Under the pieces are notes generated by a model, which was not told where the DNA came from, did not search any database, and saw nothing but the letters and a program-made list of their open reading frames with translations. A stretch of DNA of 64,000 nucleotides from an uncultured delta proteobacterium (GTDB lineage: Bacteria; Myxococcota_A; UBA9160; SMWR01): positions 1 to 64,000 of the forward strand of contig CAWHTE010000008.1 in NCBI GenBank assembly GCA_963832165.1. The letters run 5' to 3'. Positions within the stretch are counted from its first letter, which is position 1; the number at the start of each line of letters is the position of its first letter. The position numbers were made by a program, and so were the translations under genes. Positions 24,489 to 37,061 of this stretch are shown one piece after another.

Positions 24489-24989
24489 CTACTCGGAGAC
24501 GAGCGGATCGATCGGCTCGAAGCGGCCGTACGCGCCTCGGAAGTAGAGCAGCGGCTCGTGGTCGAAGCTGCGGACTTCCTGCACCGCGCCGAGGTAGATG
24601 ACGTGGTCGCCTGCCTCGTGCTCGGCGACGACGCGGCAGTCGATGTTGACCGCGACCCCGCGCAGGAGCGGCGCACCGGTCCGGCCCGTATCGAACTCGA
24701 GCCCGTCGAAGCGCTTGTCCTCGTCCTTCTTGGCCGCGAAGCGGCCCGACAGCGACTGCTGATCGCGCGCGAGCACGTTGATCGCGAAGACGCCGCCCGC
24801 GCGGATCACGGGCAGCGTGTTGGAGCTCTTGTCCGCGCAGACCAGCACGAGCGGCGGGTCGAGCGATACCTCCGTGAACGCGGACACGGTCATGCCGTGA
24901 ATCCGCTCGCCGTTCCGCGCGGTCACCACGGCGACTCCGGACGCCCGGCGCGAGAGCGCTCGCTTGAAGTCCTCCGCGGAGATCGTCAT
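24489..24989 (-). CDS. Flavin reductase family protein
   Basis: ASGVAVVT, GMTVSAFTEVSLDPPLVLVC, AGDHVIYLG, PLLYFRGAY. Confidence 0.92.
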   Translation of the reverse strand: MTISAEDFKRALSRRASGVAVVTARNGERIHGMTVSAFTEVSLDPPLVLVCADKSSNTLPVIRAGGVFAINVLARDQQSLSGRFAAKKDEDKRFDGLEFDTGRTGAPLLRGVAVNIDCRVVAEHEAGDHVIYLGAVQEVRSFDHEPLLYFRGAYGRFEPIDPLVSE

Positions 24990-25024
24990 GGCGCGGCCGA
25001 TCGTAACCCCTTGCCGGGCCTTCG

Positions 25025-26374
25025 CTAGCGCCGCTCCGCCGCCTGTACCGACGGCTGCGGGGCCAGGAACTCCATCACGTAGGGCCCGAACAGCTCGAGC
25101 GGACGGATCCCGGGCGCGAGCTCGACGACCAGCCCGTAAAGGATCGAGATCGCGCGCGACCACATCACGACACCCGGCGGCAGACGGAAGCCGCGCAGCC
25201 GCACCATCTGCCCGCGCATGCGCCAGAAGTGCTGCGAGAAGTCGAGGCCTACCATCTCCTGCGGCGTCAGGTTGTAGAGCGCGGGATCGAACGCGAGCTC
25301 CGCGATTTCGCGCGCCACGGGCTCGTCGCGCGGATCGATCGCGCCGACCGCCACGAGCGAACTCGCGAACAGATCGCGATCGCGCAGCACCGAGGCGCGC
25401 AGGTGGTCCCGTACCGCCGCGAGTACGAAGGGCTCGAGGCGTTCGTTCATGCCGAAGTCGATGATCGCGATCCGACCCTCACCGTCGACGATCAGGTTGC
25501 CCGGGTGCGGGTCGCAGTGGAAGAACCCGTCGCGAAACATCATGTGCAGGAACGCGCGCCCGGCCCAGGCGACCAGGTCCTCGCGCTTGATCCCCCGGCG
25601 CGCGACCCCTTTCTCGTCGTTGATCTTGACGCCCTCGATGAACTCCATCGCGAGCACGCGCGAAGTGGTGAGGTCCCAGTGGATCTGCGGTATGCGCAGG
25701 TGCGACCAGAGCGCTGCGTCGCGCGAGAGGTTGCGCGCCACCTCCTCCGCGGCGCGCCCCTCGCGCAGGTAGTCCATCTCGCCGCGCAGGGACGCGCGCA
25801 GCTGGCGGTAGACCTCGCGCAGATCCGGAAGCACGACGAAATCGAACAACCAGAGCGCGAGCCGCGCCATCGCGAGGTCGACGGCCACCGAGCGCTCGAT
25901 ACCCGGGTACAGCACCTTGAGCGCGATTCGCCGGCCGTCGTACGCGCGCGCCTCGTGCACCTGGCCCAGGCTCGCCGCCGCGATCGGAATCCGCGCGAGG
26001 TCCGCGAGACGTTCGCTCCAGGGAACGCCGTACTCGTGCTCGACGCGCGCGGCGATCTCCTCGAAGGGATGCGGCGCGACGCGATCCTGCAGGTGCGTGA
26101 GCTCGCGCGTGATCGCTTCCGGCAGGATCTCGAGGCGCAGGCTCGCGACCTGCCCGAGCTTGATCAGTCCACCGCGAAAGCGCGTCGCCGCAGCGACGAA
26201 GCGCGCCGCAAAGTCGTGGAGCCGCGCCTCGCGTTCATCGCGTGAGAGCCGCCACACGCCGCGGCCCGAGAGCGAGACCCGCACGTAGAGCAGCGCCGCG
26301 CGCACGATCAGTCCGAGCAGCACGACCGCGCGGAACGCAAGCGCGCGCAGCGACGTACCCTCCGCGCGGAGCAT
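25025..26374 (-). CDS. ABC1/UbiB (AarF) family atypical kinase
   Basis: IKLGQ, LQDRV, AASLGQVH, ALKVLYPG, FFHCDPHPGN, IDFG. Confidence 0.9.
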   Translation of the reverse strand: MLRAEGTSLRALAFRAVVLLGLIVRAALLYVRVSLSGRGVWRLSRDEREARLHDFAARFVAAATRFRGGLIKLGQVASLRLEILPEAITRELTHLQDRVAPHPFEEIAARVEHEYGVPWSERLADLARIPIAAASLGQVHEARAYDGRRIALKVLYPGIERSVAVDLAMARLALWLFDFVVLPDLREVYRQLRASLRGEMDYLREGRAAEEVARNLSRDAALWSHLRIPQIHWDLTTSRVLAMEFIEGVKINDEKGVARRGIKREDLVAWAGRAFLHMMFRDGFFHCDPHPGNLIVDGEGRIAIIDFGMNERLEPFVLAAVRDHLRASVLRDRDLFASSLVAVGAIDPRDEPVAREIAELAFDPALYNLTPQEMVGLDFSQHFWRMRGQMVRLRGFRLPPGVVMWSRAISILYGLVVELAPGIRPLELFGPYVMEFLAPQPSVQAAERR

Positions 26375-27690
26375 CAGCGGCTCGGTTCGCAGAGCACGAG
26401 CGCGAGATCTGCCACATTCGTGCCGGTCGCGCCCGTGCGGATCACGCCGCCCTCGCGACAGAAGAAGGTATGGGAGTCGTTGTCGGCCAACGCGCGCACG
26501 GCGTCGACGCCCACGCCGCGACCGCGCGCCACGGTGCCGCCGTCGGCGAACGCGCCCGCGGCGTCGGTCGGACCGTCCACGCCGTCGGTCCCCGCCGCGA
26601 GCACCGCGACGTCACCGCGTCCCTCGATCTCCAGCGCGGCCGCGAGCGCGAGCTCCTGGCTGCGTCCGCCGCGCCCCGTACCCGTCACGGTCACGACGGT
26701 CTCGCCGCCCGCTACGAGACACAGCGGCCGATCGGCGCGGCTCGCGTCGCCGAGCGCAACCAACCGCTGCGCGGCGCAACGCGCCTCTCCCGACAAGGCA
26801 TCCTTCGCGGCGACCGCGCACCAGCCGCGCGACGCCGCCGCTTCGCGCGCCGCATCCACGGCCGTGGCGTTGCTCGCGATCAGCGTATGGCGCACGCGCG
26901 CAAACGCGGGATCGCCGGGACCCGGCGTCTCCTCGCGCTCGCCGCGCGCGCCCGCCTCGAGGTGCGTGCGCACGGCGTCCGGAACCCGGTGCTCAGAGTC
27001 GCGGCGCGCGAGCACCGCGAGCGCATCGGCATAACAGCTCGGATCCGGTGCGAACGGGCCCGACGCGATCACGTCGAGTCGATCTCCCACCACGTCCGAG
27101 ATCACGAGCACTTCGATCCGGCCCGCGCGTGCCACGCGCGCGAGCTGACCCCCGGTCGCCGCGGCGAGGTGCTTGCGGACGGTATTCAACTCGTCGATCG
27201 ATGCGCCGCGGCCGAGCATCACGCGCACGGTTTCTGCGACGTCGCGCAGGTCGATTCCGGGCGCGGGCGCGCACAGCAGGCTCGATCCGCCGCCCGAGAG
27301 CAGCACGAGCAGCACGTCGTCGGACGCCAGGCCCGCCGCGAACGCGATGATCTCGCGCGTGGCGGCCGCACCGCGCTCGTCGGGGATCGGGTGTGCGCCC
27401 ACACGCAGCTGGCAGCGCGCGAGCGCGCGCTCCTCGCCGTCGGGTACGAGCGCGAGACCCGCCGCGATCCGCGGGCCCGCGATCGCCTCGGCGGCCGCAG
27501 CCAAGGCCGCGCCGGCCTTGCCGATCGCGAGCACGGACACGCGCGCGCGTTCGGGCACGGAACGGCCCGCGATCTCGAGGCGCGCGCCACTCGCGCGCAG
27601 CGCGCTGCGCAGTGCGCGCTCGGGCAGCGCCGCCGCGAGCGCCGCGCGATACACCGACTCGAGCTCCGCTCGGGTGTCGCGAGCGATCAC
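26374..27690 (-). CDS. Glycerate 2-kinase (DUF4147/MOFRL family)
   Basis: IGKAG, HPIPD, LLSGGGSSL, ELNTVRKHL, SDVVGD..IASGP, GGETVV, GGRSQE, GTDGVDG, TGTNVAD. Confidence 0.9.
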   Translation of the reverse strand: MIARDTRAELESVYRAALAAALPERALRSALRASGARLEIAGRSVPERARVSVLAIGKAGAALAAAAEAIAGPRIAAGLALVPDGEERALARCQLRVGAHPIPDERGAAATREIIAFAAGLASDDVLLVLLSGGGSSLLCAPAPGIDLRDVAETVRVMLGRGASIDELNTVRKHLAAATGGQLARVARAGRIEVLVISDVVGDRLDVIASGPFAPDPSCYADALAVLARRDSEHRVPDAVRTHLEAGARGEREETPGPGDPAFARVRHTLIASNATAVDAAREAAASRGWCAVAAKDALSGEARCAAQRLVALGDASRADRPLCLVAGGETVVTVTGTGRGGRSQELALAAALEIEGRGDVAVLAAGTDGVDGPTDAAGAFADGGTVARGRGVGVDAVRALADNDSHTFFCREGGVIRTGATGTNVADLALVLCEPSR

Positions 27691-28535
27691 GGCGTCGGCG
27701 CGGTCGCCCCCGCACCGGAGTCCGCAGCCTCGCCCTCGGCCGGCGCGTCGTCGCTCGCCGCCCCCTCGATCGGCTTCAGGCGGATATCGATACGGCGATT
27801 GCGCGCGCGGCCCTCGGCCGTGTCGTTCGTGTCGACCGGGGCGTGCTCACCGTAGGAGACCGCGCGCAAGTGCTGCGGGTCGACACCGTGCTTCTCGAAC
27901 AGCCGGACGACCGACGCCGCGCGTGCGGCCGCCAGCTCCCAGTTCGTACCCCAACGGGAGGACTTGGAGAGTGGAACATTGTCGGTATGACCATGCACTT
28001 CGACTTGCTGCGGAAACTTGGTGATCTGATCCGAGACCTTGGTGAGCAGCTCCACGCCGTACGGCTCGAGCGTCGCGGACCCGGAGCGGAACAGAATGTC
28101 CTGGGCGAGACCCAGGCGCAGCCCCTCGCGCAGCTGCGTGATCTGGATCTGACCCGAAGAAACCTCCGATTCGAGGTCCTTCACGAGCCCCTCGTACTCG
28201 GTCGACCGCTTCGAGAGCTCGGCCACCTTCGCCTCGTGCTCTCGCAGGTTGGTCGTGAGCAGATCACGCGTCTTCTCGAGCTTGGCAACGTCTTCGGTGA
28301 GCTGCTCCTTCGTCTGACGAATGTCCTCCATCTCGTCGATCAGCTTGAGCCGCTCGCCGCCGAGCGCCTCGTTCGTGCGCTCGAGATCGGCCACGCGCTC
28401 GCGCTCCCTCTCGAGATCGTCGACCACCCGGTCGTACTTGCCGCGCGTCACGCACCCAGAGGCGGATGCAGCGACGAGCGCGAGCACGGTGAGGCCGCTA
28501 GCGACGCGCCTGCAGCGTGTATTCGAGCGCTTCAT
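27687..28535 (-). CDS. OmpA/MotB-domain lipoprotein with coiled coil
   Basis: Lipobox ASGC, heptad region, [35 protein letters not shown]. Start uncertain because it overlaps the lon stop region. Confidence 0.85.
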   Translation of the reverse strand: MKRSNTRCRRVASGLTVLALVAASASGCVTRGKYDRVVDDLERERERVADLERTNEALGGERLKLIDEMEDIRQTKEQLTEDVAKLEKTRDLLTTNLREHEAKVAELSKRSTEYEGLVKDLESEVSSGQIQITQLREGLRLGLAQDILFRSGSATLEPYGVELLTKVSDQITKFPQQVEVHGHTDNVPLSKSSRWGTNWELAAARAASVVRLFEKHGVDPQHLRAVSYGEHAPVDTNDTAEGRARNRRIDIRLKPIEGAASDDAPAEGEAADSGAGATAPTP

Positions 28536-30915
28536 CGATCGTCCCCACGTATTGGAGATCGAGCCCATCCAGCAGGCCCGCCTCCACTTCCTCGACGTCC
28601 TTGCGGTTGCGCGCTGGCAGAACCACGCGCCCGATCCCTGCCCGCTTGGCCGCGAGTACTTTCTCCTTGATCCCGCCCACCGGCAACACGCGGCCGCGCA
28701 GCGTGATCTCGCCCGTCATCGCGACGTCGGGGCGCCCGAGCCGCCCGGTCATCAGCGAAGTCAGAGAGCTCACCATCGCGATCCCCGCCGACGGGCCGTC
28801 CTTGGGAACCGCACCCCCGGGCACGTGCAAGTGCAGATCCGCGATGCGGAACGCCTCCGGATCGACACCGTATTCGGAGGCGTGGCCGCGCAGCCAGGAG
28901 CGCGCGGCCTCGGCAGACTCGCGCATCACATCGCCGAGCGAGCCCGTGAGCTTGAGCTCTCCCTTGCCGGGCATGCGCGTCGACTCGACGAACAGGATGT
29001 CGCCGCCCGCAGGTGTCCAGGCCAGACCCACCGCCACGCCCGGCTGACCGACCCGCTCGGCCACCTCGGGTTCGACCTTCACGGGGCCGAGCAGGCCCGC
29101 GAGGTCTTCCGGCATCACGCGCATCGACTGCGGGGTGCCGGTCCCCTCCGCGACGCGACGCGCGAGCTTGCGCGCGATCGCGCCGATTTCGCGCTCGAGA
29201 TTCCGCACGCCGGCCTCGCGCGTGTAGCTCGCGATCACCACGCGCATCGTCTCGTCGGGAATCTCGACGCCCACGTCCGCCACGCCGTTCTGCTCGAGCT
29301 GGCGCGGCAGGAGGAAGCGCCTGGCGATCTCGAGCTTGTCCTCGGCCGTGTAGCCCGGCAGCTCGATCACCTCCATGCGATCGCGCAGCGCAGGCGGCAC
29401 CGGATCCATCAGGTTCGCGGTGGCGATGAACAGCACCTGCGATAGATCGAACGGCACCTCCAGATAGTGGTCGGAGAACGTCGCGTTCTGCTCGGGATCG
29501 AGCACCTCGAGCAGCGCCGACGACGGATCGCCCCGGAAGTCGGTGCCGACCTTGTCGACCTCGTCGAGCACGAACACGGGGTTGCGCGTGCCCGAGCGGC
29601 GCAGGTTCTGGATGATGCGGCCCGGCAGCGCGCCCACGTAGGTGCGACGGTGCCCGCGGATCTCCGCCTCGTCGCGCACGCCGCCCAGCGACACGCGCGT
29701 GAACTCGCGCCCGAGCGCGCGCGCGATCGAGCGCCCGAGCGAGGTCTTGCCGGTGCCGGGCGGGCCCACGAAGCACAGGATCGGGCCCTTCAGATCGCGC
29801 TTGAGCGAGAGCACCGCGATGTACTCGACGATGCGGTCCTTCACCTTGTCGAGGCCGTAGTGATCCTCGTCGAGGATCCCGCGCGCCTCCTCGGGATCCA
29901 GCCGGTCCTCGGTCGCCTTGCTCCAGGGCAGCTCGATCATCCACTCGAGATAGGTGCGGATCACGCCGCGCTCGGCAGCGGCCTGGGGCATCTGCGCGAG
30001 GCGCTCGAGCTCGCGCGTGGCCTGCTCGTGCGCCTCCTCGGACATCCCGGCCGCCTCGATCCGGCCACGCAGGTTCTCGATCTCGGTCTCGGAGTCCTCC
30101 GACTCGCCCAGCTCCTGTCGGATCGCCTCGAGCTGCTGGCGCAGCATGTAGTCGCGCTGGGTGCGTCCGATGTCGGTCTGCACCTTCTCGCGGATCTCGC
30201 TCTCGACCTTGTGCGCATCCTGCTCGCGCGTCACTTCGCCGAGCACGCGCTCGAGCCGCCGCCGCACGTCGAGCTCCTCGAGGATCTCCTGCTTGCCCGC
30301 GACGTCGAAGTCGAGGTGCGAGCCGACCAGGTCGGCGAGCTTGGAGGGATCGTCGACGCCCTGCGCGAGCACCTGCAGCTCGTCCGACAGACGCGGGCTC
30401 GACGCCACCAGCGCGATGAACTGCTGTGCGAGCGTGCGCGCGAGCGCGGTCATCTCGACCGATTCGCGATCGCCCACGTCGTCGAGCCGGCGCACCCGTC
30501 CGACCAGGAAGGGTTGCTCGGAGACGAATCCGTCGACGGCTGCGCGCGCCACGCCCTGCACCAGCAGCCGGTAAGAATCGTCGGGGAACTTCAGCATCTT
30601 CGCGATGCGCATCACGGTGCCGACGAGGTGCAGATCGTCCGGTCCCGGGCTCGATTCGACCGGCCGCTTGACCGCCACGCACACGAGCAGCCGCTCGGGG
30701 CTGCGCAGCACCTCGTCGATCAGCTGCCGCGAGCGATCGGTATTCACGAGCAACGGCGAGAGCAGGTGCGGGAACAGCACCGTGTTCTTGAGCGGCAGCA
30801 CCGGCAGCGCGTCCGGAATCGCCGGGAACTCGGCCTCGTCGCCGCCCGTGCCGACCGCGATCTCCGTACCGCCGCTCCGGCTCGGGATCCGGATCTCGTC
30901 CTGTTCGTCGTTCAC
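28498..30915 (-). CDS. lon: ATP-dependent Lon protease (paralogue 2)
   Basis: [40 protein letters not shown]. Confidence 0.97.
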   Translation of the reverse strand: MNDEQDEIRIPSRSGGTEIAVGTGGDEAEFPAIPDALPVLPLKNTVLFPHLLSPLLVNTDRSRQLIDEVLRSPERLLVCVAVKRPVESSPGPDDLHLVGTVMRIAKMLKFPDDSYRLLVQGVARAAVDGFVSEQPFLVGRVRRLDDVGDRESVEMTALARTLAQQFIALVASSPRLSDELQVLAQGVDDPSKLADLVGSHLDFDVAGKQEILEELDVRRRLERVLGEVTREQDAHKVESEIREKVQTDIGRTQRDYMLRQQLEAIRQELGESEDSETEIENLRGRIEAAGMSEEAHEQATRELERLAQMPQAAAERGVIRTYLEWMIELPWSKATEDRLDPEEARGILDEDHYGLDKVKDRIVEYIAVLSLKRDLKGPILCFVGPPGTGKTSLGRSIARALGREFTRVSLGGVRDEAEIRGHRRTYVGALPGRIIQNLRRSGTRNPVFVLDEVDKVGTDFRGDPSSALLEVLDPEQNATFSDHYLEVPFDLSQVLFIATANLMDPVPPALRDRMEVIELPGYTAEDKLEIARRFLLPRQLEQNGVADVGVEIPDETMRVVIASYTREAGVRNLEREIGAIARKLARRVAEGTGTPQSMRVMPEDLAGLLGPVKVEPEVAERVGQPGVAVGLAWTPAGGDILFVESTRMPGKGELKLTGSLGDVMRESAEAARSWLRGHASEYGVDPEAFRIADLHLHVPGGAVPKDGPSAGIAMVSSLTSLMTGRLGRPDVAMTGEITLRGRVLPVGGIKEKVLAAKRAGIGRVVLPARNRKDVEEVEAGLLDGLDLQYVGTIDEALEYTLQARR

Positions 30916-30919
30916 GGCT

Positions 30920-31324
30920 TCACTCGCGCTCGACCGGCACGCTGCGGCGCACGGGCTTGCGGCGGCCGAGCGTCACGGTCAGCAGTCCATCTTCGAGGTG
31001 CGCCGTCACGCGGTCGCGATCGACGTCGGCCGGAACGCGCAGGCAGCGTTCGAACGGACCCGTGGCGATCTCCATCTGGTGCAGCCTCACTGCGGCAGCG
31101 CCGCTCCCCTCGCGCAGACCGCGGATCCGCAGCAGGTCGCCGTCCACGGTCACGCGCAGATCGTCGCGTCGTACTCCCGCGAGCTCGGCACGAACGATCA
31201 CGGCCTCCTCGGTCTCGAACACGTCGACGTCGGGTTGCCAATGATCGCCGTGCAGGCGATCTGCGAACTCCCCGAAACGCTGCGCGCTCGGCTCGCCCGG
31301 TCTGGGATTCCTCGGATTCCGCAC
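30920..31324 (-). CDS. Hsp20/alpha-crystallin small heat-shock protein
   Basis: WQPDVDVFET, AELAGV, LRIRG, EIATGPFER, AHLEDGLLTVTL. Confidence 0.9.
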   Translation of the reverse strand: MRNPRNPRPGEPSAQRFGEFADRLHGDHWQPDVDVFETEEAVIVRAELAGVRRDDLRVTVDGDLLRIRGLREGSGAAAVRLHQMEIATGPFERCLRVPADVDRDRVTAHLEDGLLTVTLGRRKPVRRSVPVERE

Positions 31325-31353
31325 GATCAGGTCCTGCGCCGAACGACAACGCG

Positions 31354-33273
<1,920 letters not shown>

Positions 33274-33606
33274 GAACGAGCTCCCCCTGGGCCCCGTCGC
33301 TCGGCGTGTGCCGTGCTTCTGTCCGAGGCTGCCCAACAGTCGGCCCGTGGCCCCGGATGTCAACGGTTTCCGATGAATTCGAGTGCCATCCCGCGGGGAA
33401 TCGAGCGCTCGGGAGAACGCCTGTTTCGGGCCAGGAGTCATAAGGGCGCAACGGCGGCTCGCCGATACGGCCAAACGGGGCTAACTACTTGGATTCGCGA
33501 GACATCCGTTGAGGGGCCGCAGCCGCAGGGTTATTGTGCAATCCCGCTCCCGGGACGGAGCGGTGTCGCCAATGCTGTCGAGCGCGAAAGCGAGCGAACC
33601 ACCACC

Positions 33607-34467
33607 ATGGGTTCCGTATTCAGCTGGACGGCAAACAGCGTCTTGTTCGCGATCGGCTGCCTGCTCGCCGCCGATACCGCCAACGAGGTGATCGCGGCCG
33701 CCCTGCTTCCGGGTCCGTCTCCGACGGAAGTCGTCGCGCGCCCGGCGCCGCCGCCGGCCCGCGCTCGGACCTGGGCCGAGCGCGAGGTCATCCTGACCCG
33801 CAACCTCTTCCACTCGAGTCTCGATGCCCCGCCGCTCACCGCCGATCAGCTCGACGAAGAGCTCGAGAAATCGCGGCTCCCGGTTCAGCTGCTCGGCACA
33901 TTCGCCGCGACCGACCCGGATCTGTCGCGGGCCACGCTCGTCGACAAGGAGAAGAACGAGACGCTCGTGGTCGGAATCGGCGACCAGATCAAGAGCGTGG
34001 CGACGGTCCAGCGCATCGAGCGACGCCGCGTCGTGCTCACCGAGAACGGCGCGCCGCGCGAGCTCACGATCGGCGAGGACGAAGGCGCACAGCCGACGAT
34101 CCAGCGCGCCAACCGCCAGGCGCGCGCTCCGATCCGCCGCACCGAGGGCGGTGTCGCAGTGTCGCGCGAGGCGATCCAACAGCAGATGCGCGACCCGGCC
34201 TCACTGCTCCAGCAGGCGCGAGTCCTGCCGAAGTTCGAAGCCGGGCAGATGGTGGGTCTGCTCGTGAACGGGATCAAACCCGGCAGCATGTTCCAGGAGA
34301 TCGGTCTGAAGGACGGCGACGTGATCAAGCATTTCAACGGGATCGCGATCAACTCGCCGGACCAGAGCGCGCAGATCTTCCAGGAGCTCGCGAACGCACC
34401 CGAGTTCAACGTGGTCGTGGAAGGCGCCGACGGCGTCGAGACGGTCAGGAATTTCAGGCCGGAGTGA
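33607..34467 (+). CDS. gspC: Type II secretion protein GspC (TM + HR + PDZ)
   Basis: N-terminal TM, RNLF, LLGTF, PDZ-like GIKPGSMFQEIGLKDGDVI; directly upstream of the secretin. Confidence 0.85.
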   Translation: MGSVFSWTANSVLFAIGCLLAADTANEVIAAALLPGPSPTEVVARPAPPPARARTWAEREVILTRNLFHSSLDAPPLTADQLDEELEKSRLPVQLLGTFAATDPDLSRATLVDKEKNETLVVGIGDQIKSVATVQRIERRRVVLTENGAPRELTIGEDEGAQPTIQRANRQARAPIRRTEGGVAVSREAIQQQMRDPASLLQQARVLPKFEAGQMVGLLVNGIKPGSMFQEIGLKDGDVIKHFNGIAINSPDQSAQIFQELANAPEFNVVVEGADGVETVRNFRPE

Positions 34468-34499
34468 GCACGCGCGTGGCAATCCAGCGACATTCGAGA

Positions 34500-37061
34500 A
34501 TGAACCCCGCGCGACTCGCGCTCCTGCCGCTGTTCGCGCTCCTCGTGGCGGGCACACCGCTCGCGGCCGCAGCGCAGGCGCAGCCGGGCGGACAACAGCC
34601 CGGCGCGCGTCCCGCCTTCGAGCCCGGCGCGATGGTCACGCTCGACTTCGCCGACGCCGAGCTCGCGCAGGTGATCGAGACGATCGCGCGCGCGACCAAC
34701 CGCAACTTCATCTACGACGACCGCGTGCGCGGACGCGTGACGATCGTCTCGCCGGAACCGATCCCGGTCGAGCAGGCGTATGCGGTGTTCGAGTCGGTGC
34801 TCCAGGTGAAGGGCTTCACCACGGTGACGACGCCCGGCGGCGCGATCAAGGTGGTGCCGGTGCGCGAGGCGAAGGAGTCGAGCATCGAGACGGTGCAGAG
34901 CTCGAAGCGCCCGCCGAACCGCGACACCTTCGTCACGCGCCTGATCCCGCTGCGCTACATCGACGCCGACTCGATCGTGAACACGCTCAAGCCTCTGGTC
35001 TCGAAGGATGCGGCGATGGCCGCCTATCCGCCCACGAATACGGTGATCCTCACCGAGTCCTCGTCGAACATCCGGCGCCTGATCGCGATCCTCGAGTCGA
35101 TCGACGTCGAGACCTACAAGGAAGACCTCGCCGTCATCCCGATCGAGTACGCCGATGCCGCGACGCTGGCCGAGCAGGTGTCAGAGATCTACGGCGCCGA
35201 TGTGGCCGAGGGCACCGCGTTCGATTCGCGGCGCGCCGCTCGGCGCCGCGTCGCGAACCCGGCGGACCCGAACGCCCCGAGCGCGCACAAGCCGCCGGTG
35301 CGAATCATCACCGACGAGCGCACGAACTCGCTGCTCGTTCTCGCAGCACGCCAGCAGCTCGACGAGGTGCGTCGCCTGGTCGCGAAGCTCGATGTGCCCG
35401 TGACGGGTGGCGGACGGATCCACGTCTACTACCTGAACAACGCGAACGCGGAAGAGCTCGCAGAGACGCTCGCGGGGCTGGTCGGGGGCACAGGCAGCAG
35501 CACCAGCAGCAGATCGTCGGGCGCGACCGGCGGGCAGACGGTGCCCGCGAATGGCCTCGGCGGCGGCGCGGGGGCCGTGCCCGCGATCCGCACCGCGGTG
35601 GCGGGGCTCGAGGGCGGGATCTCGGTGACGGCCGACCCCGCGACCAACTCGCTGATCATCCAGGCGAGCCAGGAGGGCTTCAACACCCTCGCTCAAGTGA
35701 TCGAGAAGCTCGACGTCGAGCGACCCCAGGTGTCGGTCGAGGCGTTGATCATGGAGCTCACGGTCAACGACAACCTCGGCATCGGATTCTCGGGGCTGCT
35801 CAAAGTGATCGATGGCGACGAGGCGCTCACGCTGGCGACCACGACGGCTGCCACCGGGGCAACCGGGGTTCCCGTCGATCCCGGCATCCTGGCTCCGCTG
35901 CTCGGGCGCTTCCTCAGTGACACGCGCGATCTCGACGCCACGGGCAACCGCGTCGGCGACGGCACGCTGATCGATTCGCTGATCACGCTCTCCGCCACGG
36001 ACGGCGACATCAACATCGTTTCGGCGCCACACATCCTCACCTCCGACAACGAAGAGGCCGAGATCCGCGTCGGCAACAACATTCCGATCATCTCGAGCCG
36101 CGTCGAATCGGCGGCGGGTGTGGATACCGGCACGAATCTGGCGAGCTCCGTGAACGTCGAGCGCCAGGACATCGGCGTGACGCTGCGCGTGACGCCGCAG
36201 ATCACCGAGGGCGACAGCCTGCGGCTCGAGATCTTCCAGGAGATCACCGAGATCAACAACGCGCTGTCGAGCCAGGGCAAGGGCGGCGTCGGAAATCCCG
36301 AGGACGTCGGCGTCGCGCTCTCGAACCGGCGCGTCGAGAACACCGTGGTGGTGCGCGACGGCGAGACGGTCGTGATCGGCGGCCTGCTCTCGGACTCGGT
36401 GGACGACACCGTCACGAAGGTGCCGTGGCTCGGCGACATCCCGTTCCTCGGCTGGATGTTCAAGTCGACCACGACCAACACGCGCAAGACGAACCTGCTC
36501 GTATTCCTCACGCCGCGCATCGTGCGCACGCCGCTCGATCTCGAGAACGACTCGATCCGGCGCCGCGAGGAGTTCCAGGACCACTCCGGCCGCACGATCG
36601 AGCTCTCCGACGAGGATCGCGAGGAGGAGGCGAAGCGCTTCGCGGCCGCACGAGAAGAGGGAGTTCGCTACACGCCGCGCGAGTACGACAAGCCGGTCAA
36701 GGAGCGCATCGCGGGACACTCCGCGCGCTACCCGCGCGAGCGAATCAACGAGATCGAGACGATCCGCGCCGAGGAGCGCGCGAAGGCGCTCGAGGCCGGC
36801 CGCGTGATCGGCCCGCGCTATCTGCTCCAGGCCGCGATCCTCGCCGACCCCGACAAGGCCGCCTCGCTGCTCACCGACCTGATCGATTCCGGCCACGACG
36901 GCACGCTCATCTCGTCGCCGCTCGGCAACAGCGTCGTGTACGAAATCCACCTGGGACCGTTCGCCACGCTCGAGCAGGCGAACACGGTCGGCGAAGCGGT
37001 GCGCCGCTCGCACGGACTCACGCCCGCGATTCTCGTTCTCGACGGCGAGAAGAAGGAATGA
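34500..37061 (+). CDS. gspD: Type II secretion secretin GspD with C-terminal SPOR-like domain
   Basis: LDFADAEL, N-domains (DERTNSLLV, ADPATNSLII), APHILTSDNEEAEIRVG, KVPWLGDIPFLG, LLVFLTPRIV, then a SPOR-like tail. Confidence 0.95.
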   Translation: MNPARLALLPLFALLVAGTPLAAAAQAQPGGQQPGARPAFEPGAMVTLDFADAELAQVIETIARATNRNFIYDDRVRGRVTIVSPEPIPVEQAYAVFESVLQVKGFTTVTTPGGAIKVVPVREAKESSIETVQSSKRPPNRDTFVTRLIPLRYIDADSIVNTLKPLVSKDAAMAAYPPTNTVILTESSSNIRRLIAILESIDVETYKEDLAVIPIEYADAATLAEQVSEIYGADVAEGTAFDSRRAARRRVANPADPNAPSAHKPPVRIITDERTNSLLVLAARQQLDEVRRLVAKLDVPVTGGGRIHVYYLNNANAEELAETLAGLVGGTGSSTSSRSSGATGGQTVPANGLGGGAGAVPAIRTAVAGLEGGISVTADPATNSLIIQASQEGFNTLAQVIEKLDVERPQVSVEALIMELTVNDNLGIGFSGLLKVIDGDEALTLATTTAATGATGVPVDPGILAPLLGRFLSDTRDLDATGNRVGDGTLIDSLITLSATDGDINIVSAPHILTSDNEEAEIRVGNNIPIISSRVESAAGVDTGTNLASSVNVERQDIGVTLRVTPQITEGDSLRLEIFQEITEINNALSSQGKGGVGNPEDVGVALSNRRVENTVVVRDGETVVIGGLLSDSVDDTVTKVPWLGDIPFLGWMFKSTTTNTRKTNLLVFLTPRIVRTPLDLENDSIRRREEFQDHSGRTIELSDEDREEEAKRFAAAREEGVRYTPREYDKPVKERIAGHSARYPRERINEIETIRAEERAKALEAGRVIGPRYLLQAAILADPDKAASLLTDLIDSGHDGTLISSPLGNSVVYEIHLGPFATLEQANTVGEAVRRSHGLTPAILVLDGEKKE

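Noticed and set aside
27687..28535. Flagellar stator MotB
   Set aside because: It has a lipobox and coiled coil instead of the MotB TM motif, and there is no motA or flagellar gene in the window.
33363..33388. CIRCE operator or sigma54 promoter upstream of dnaK (TGGCACTC, minus strand)
   Set aside because: Only one CIRCE half-site is present, and the -12 TTGC needed for sigma54 is absent.
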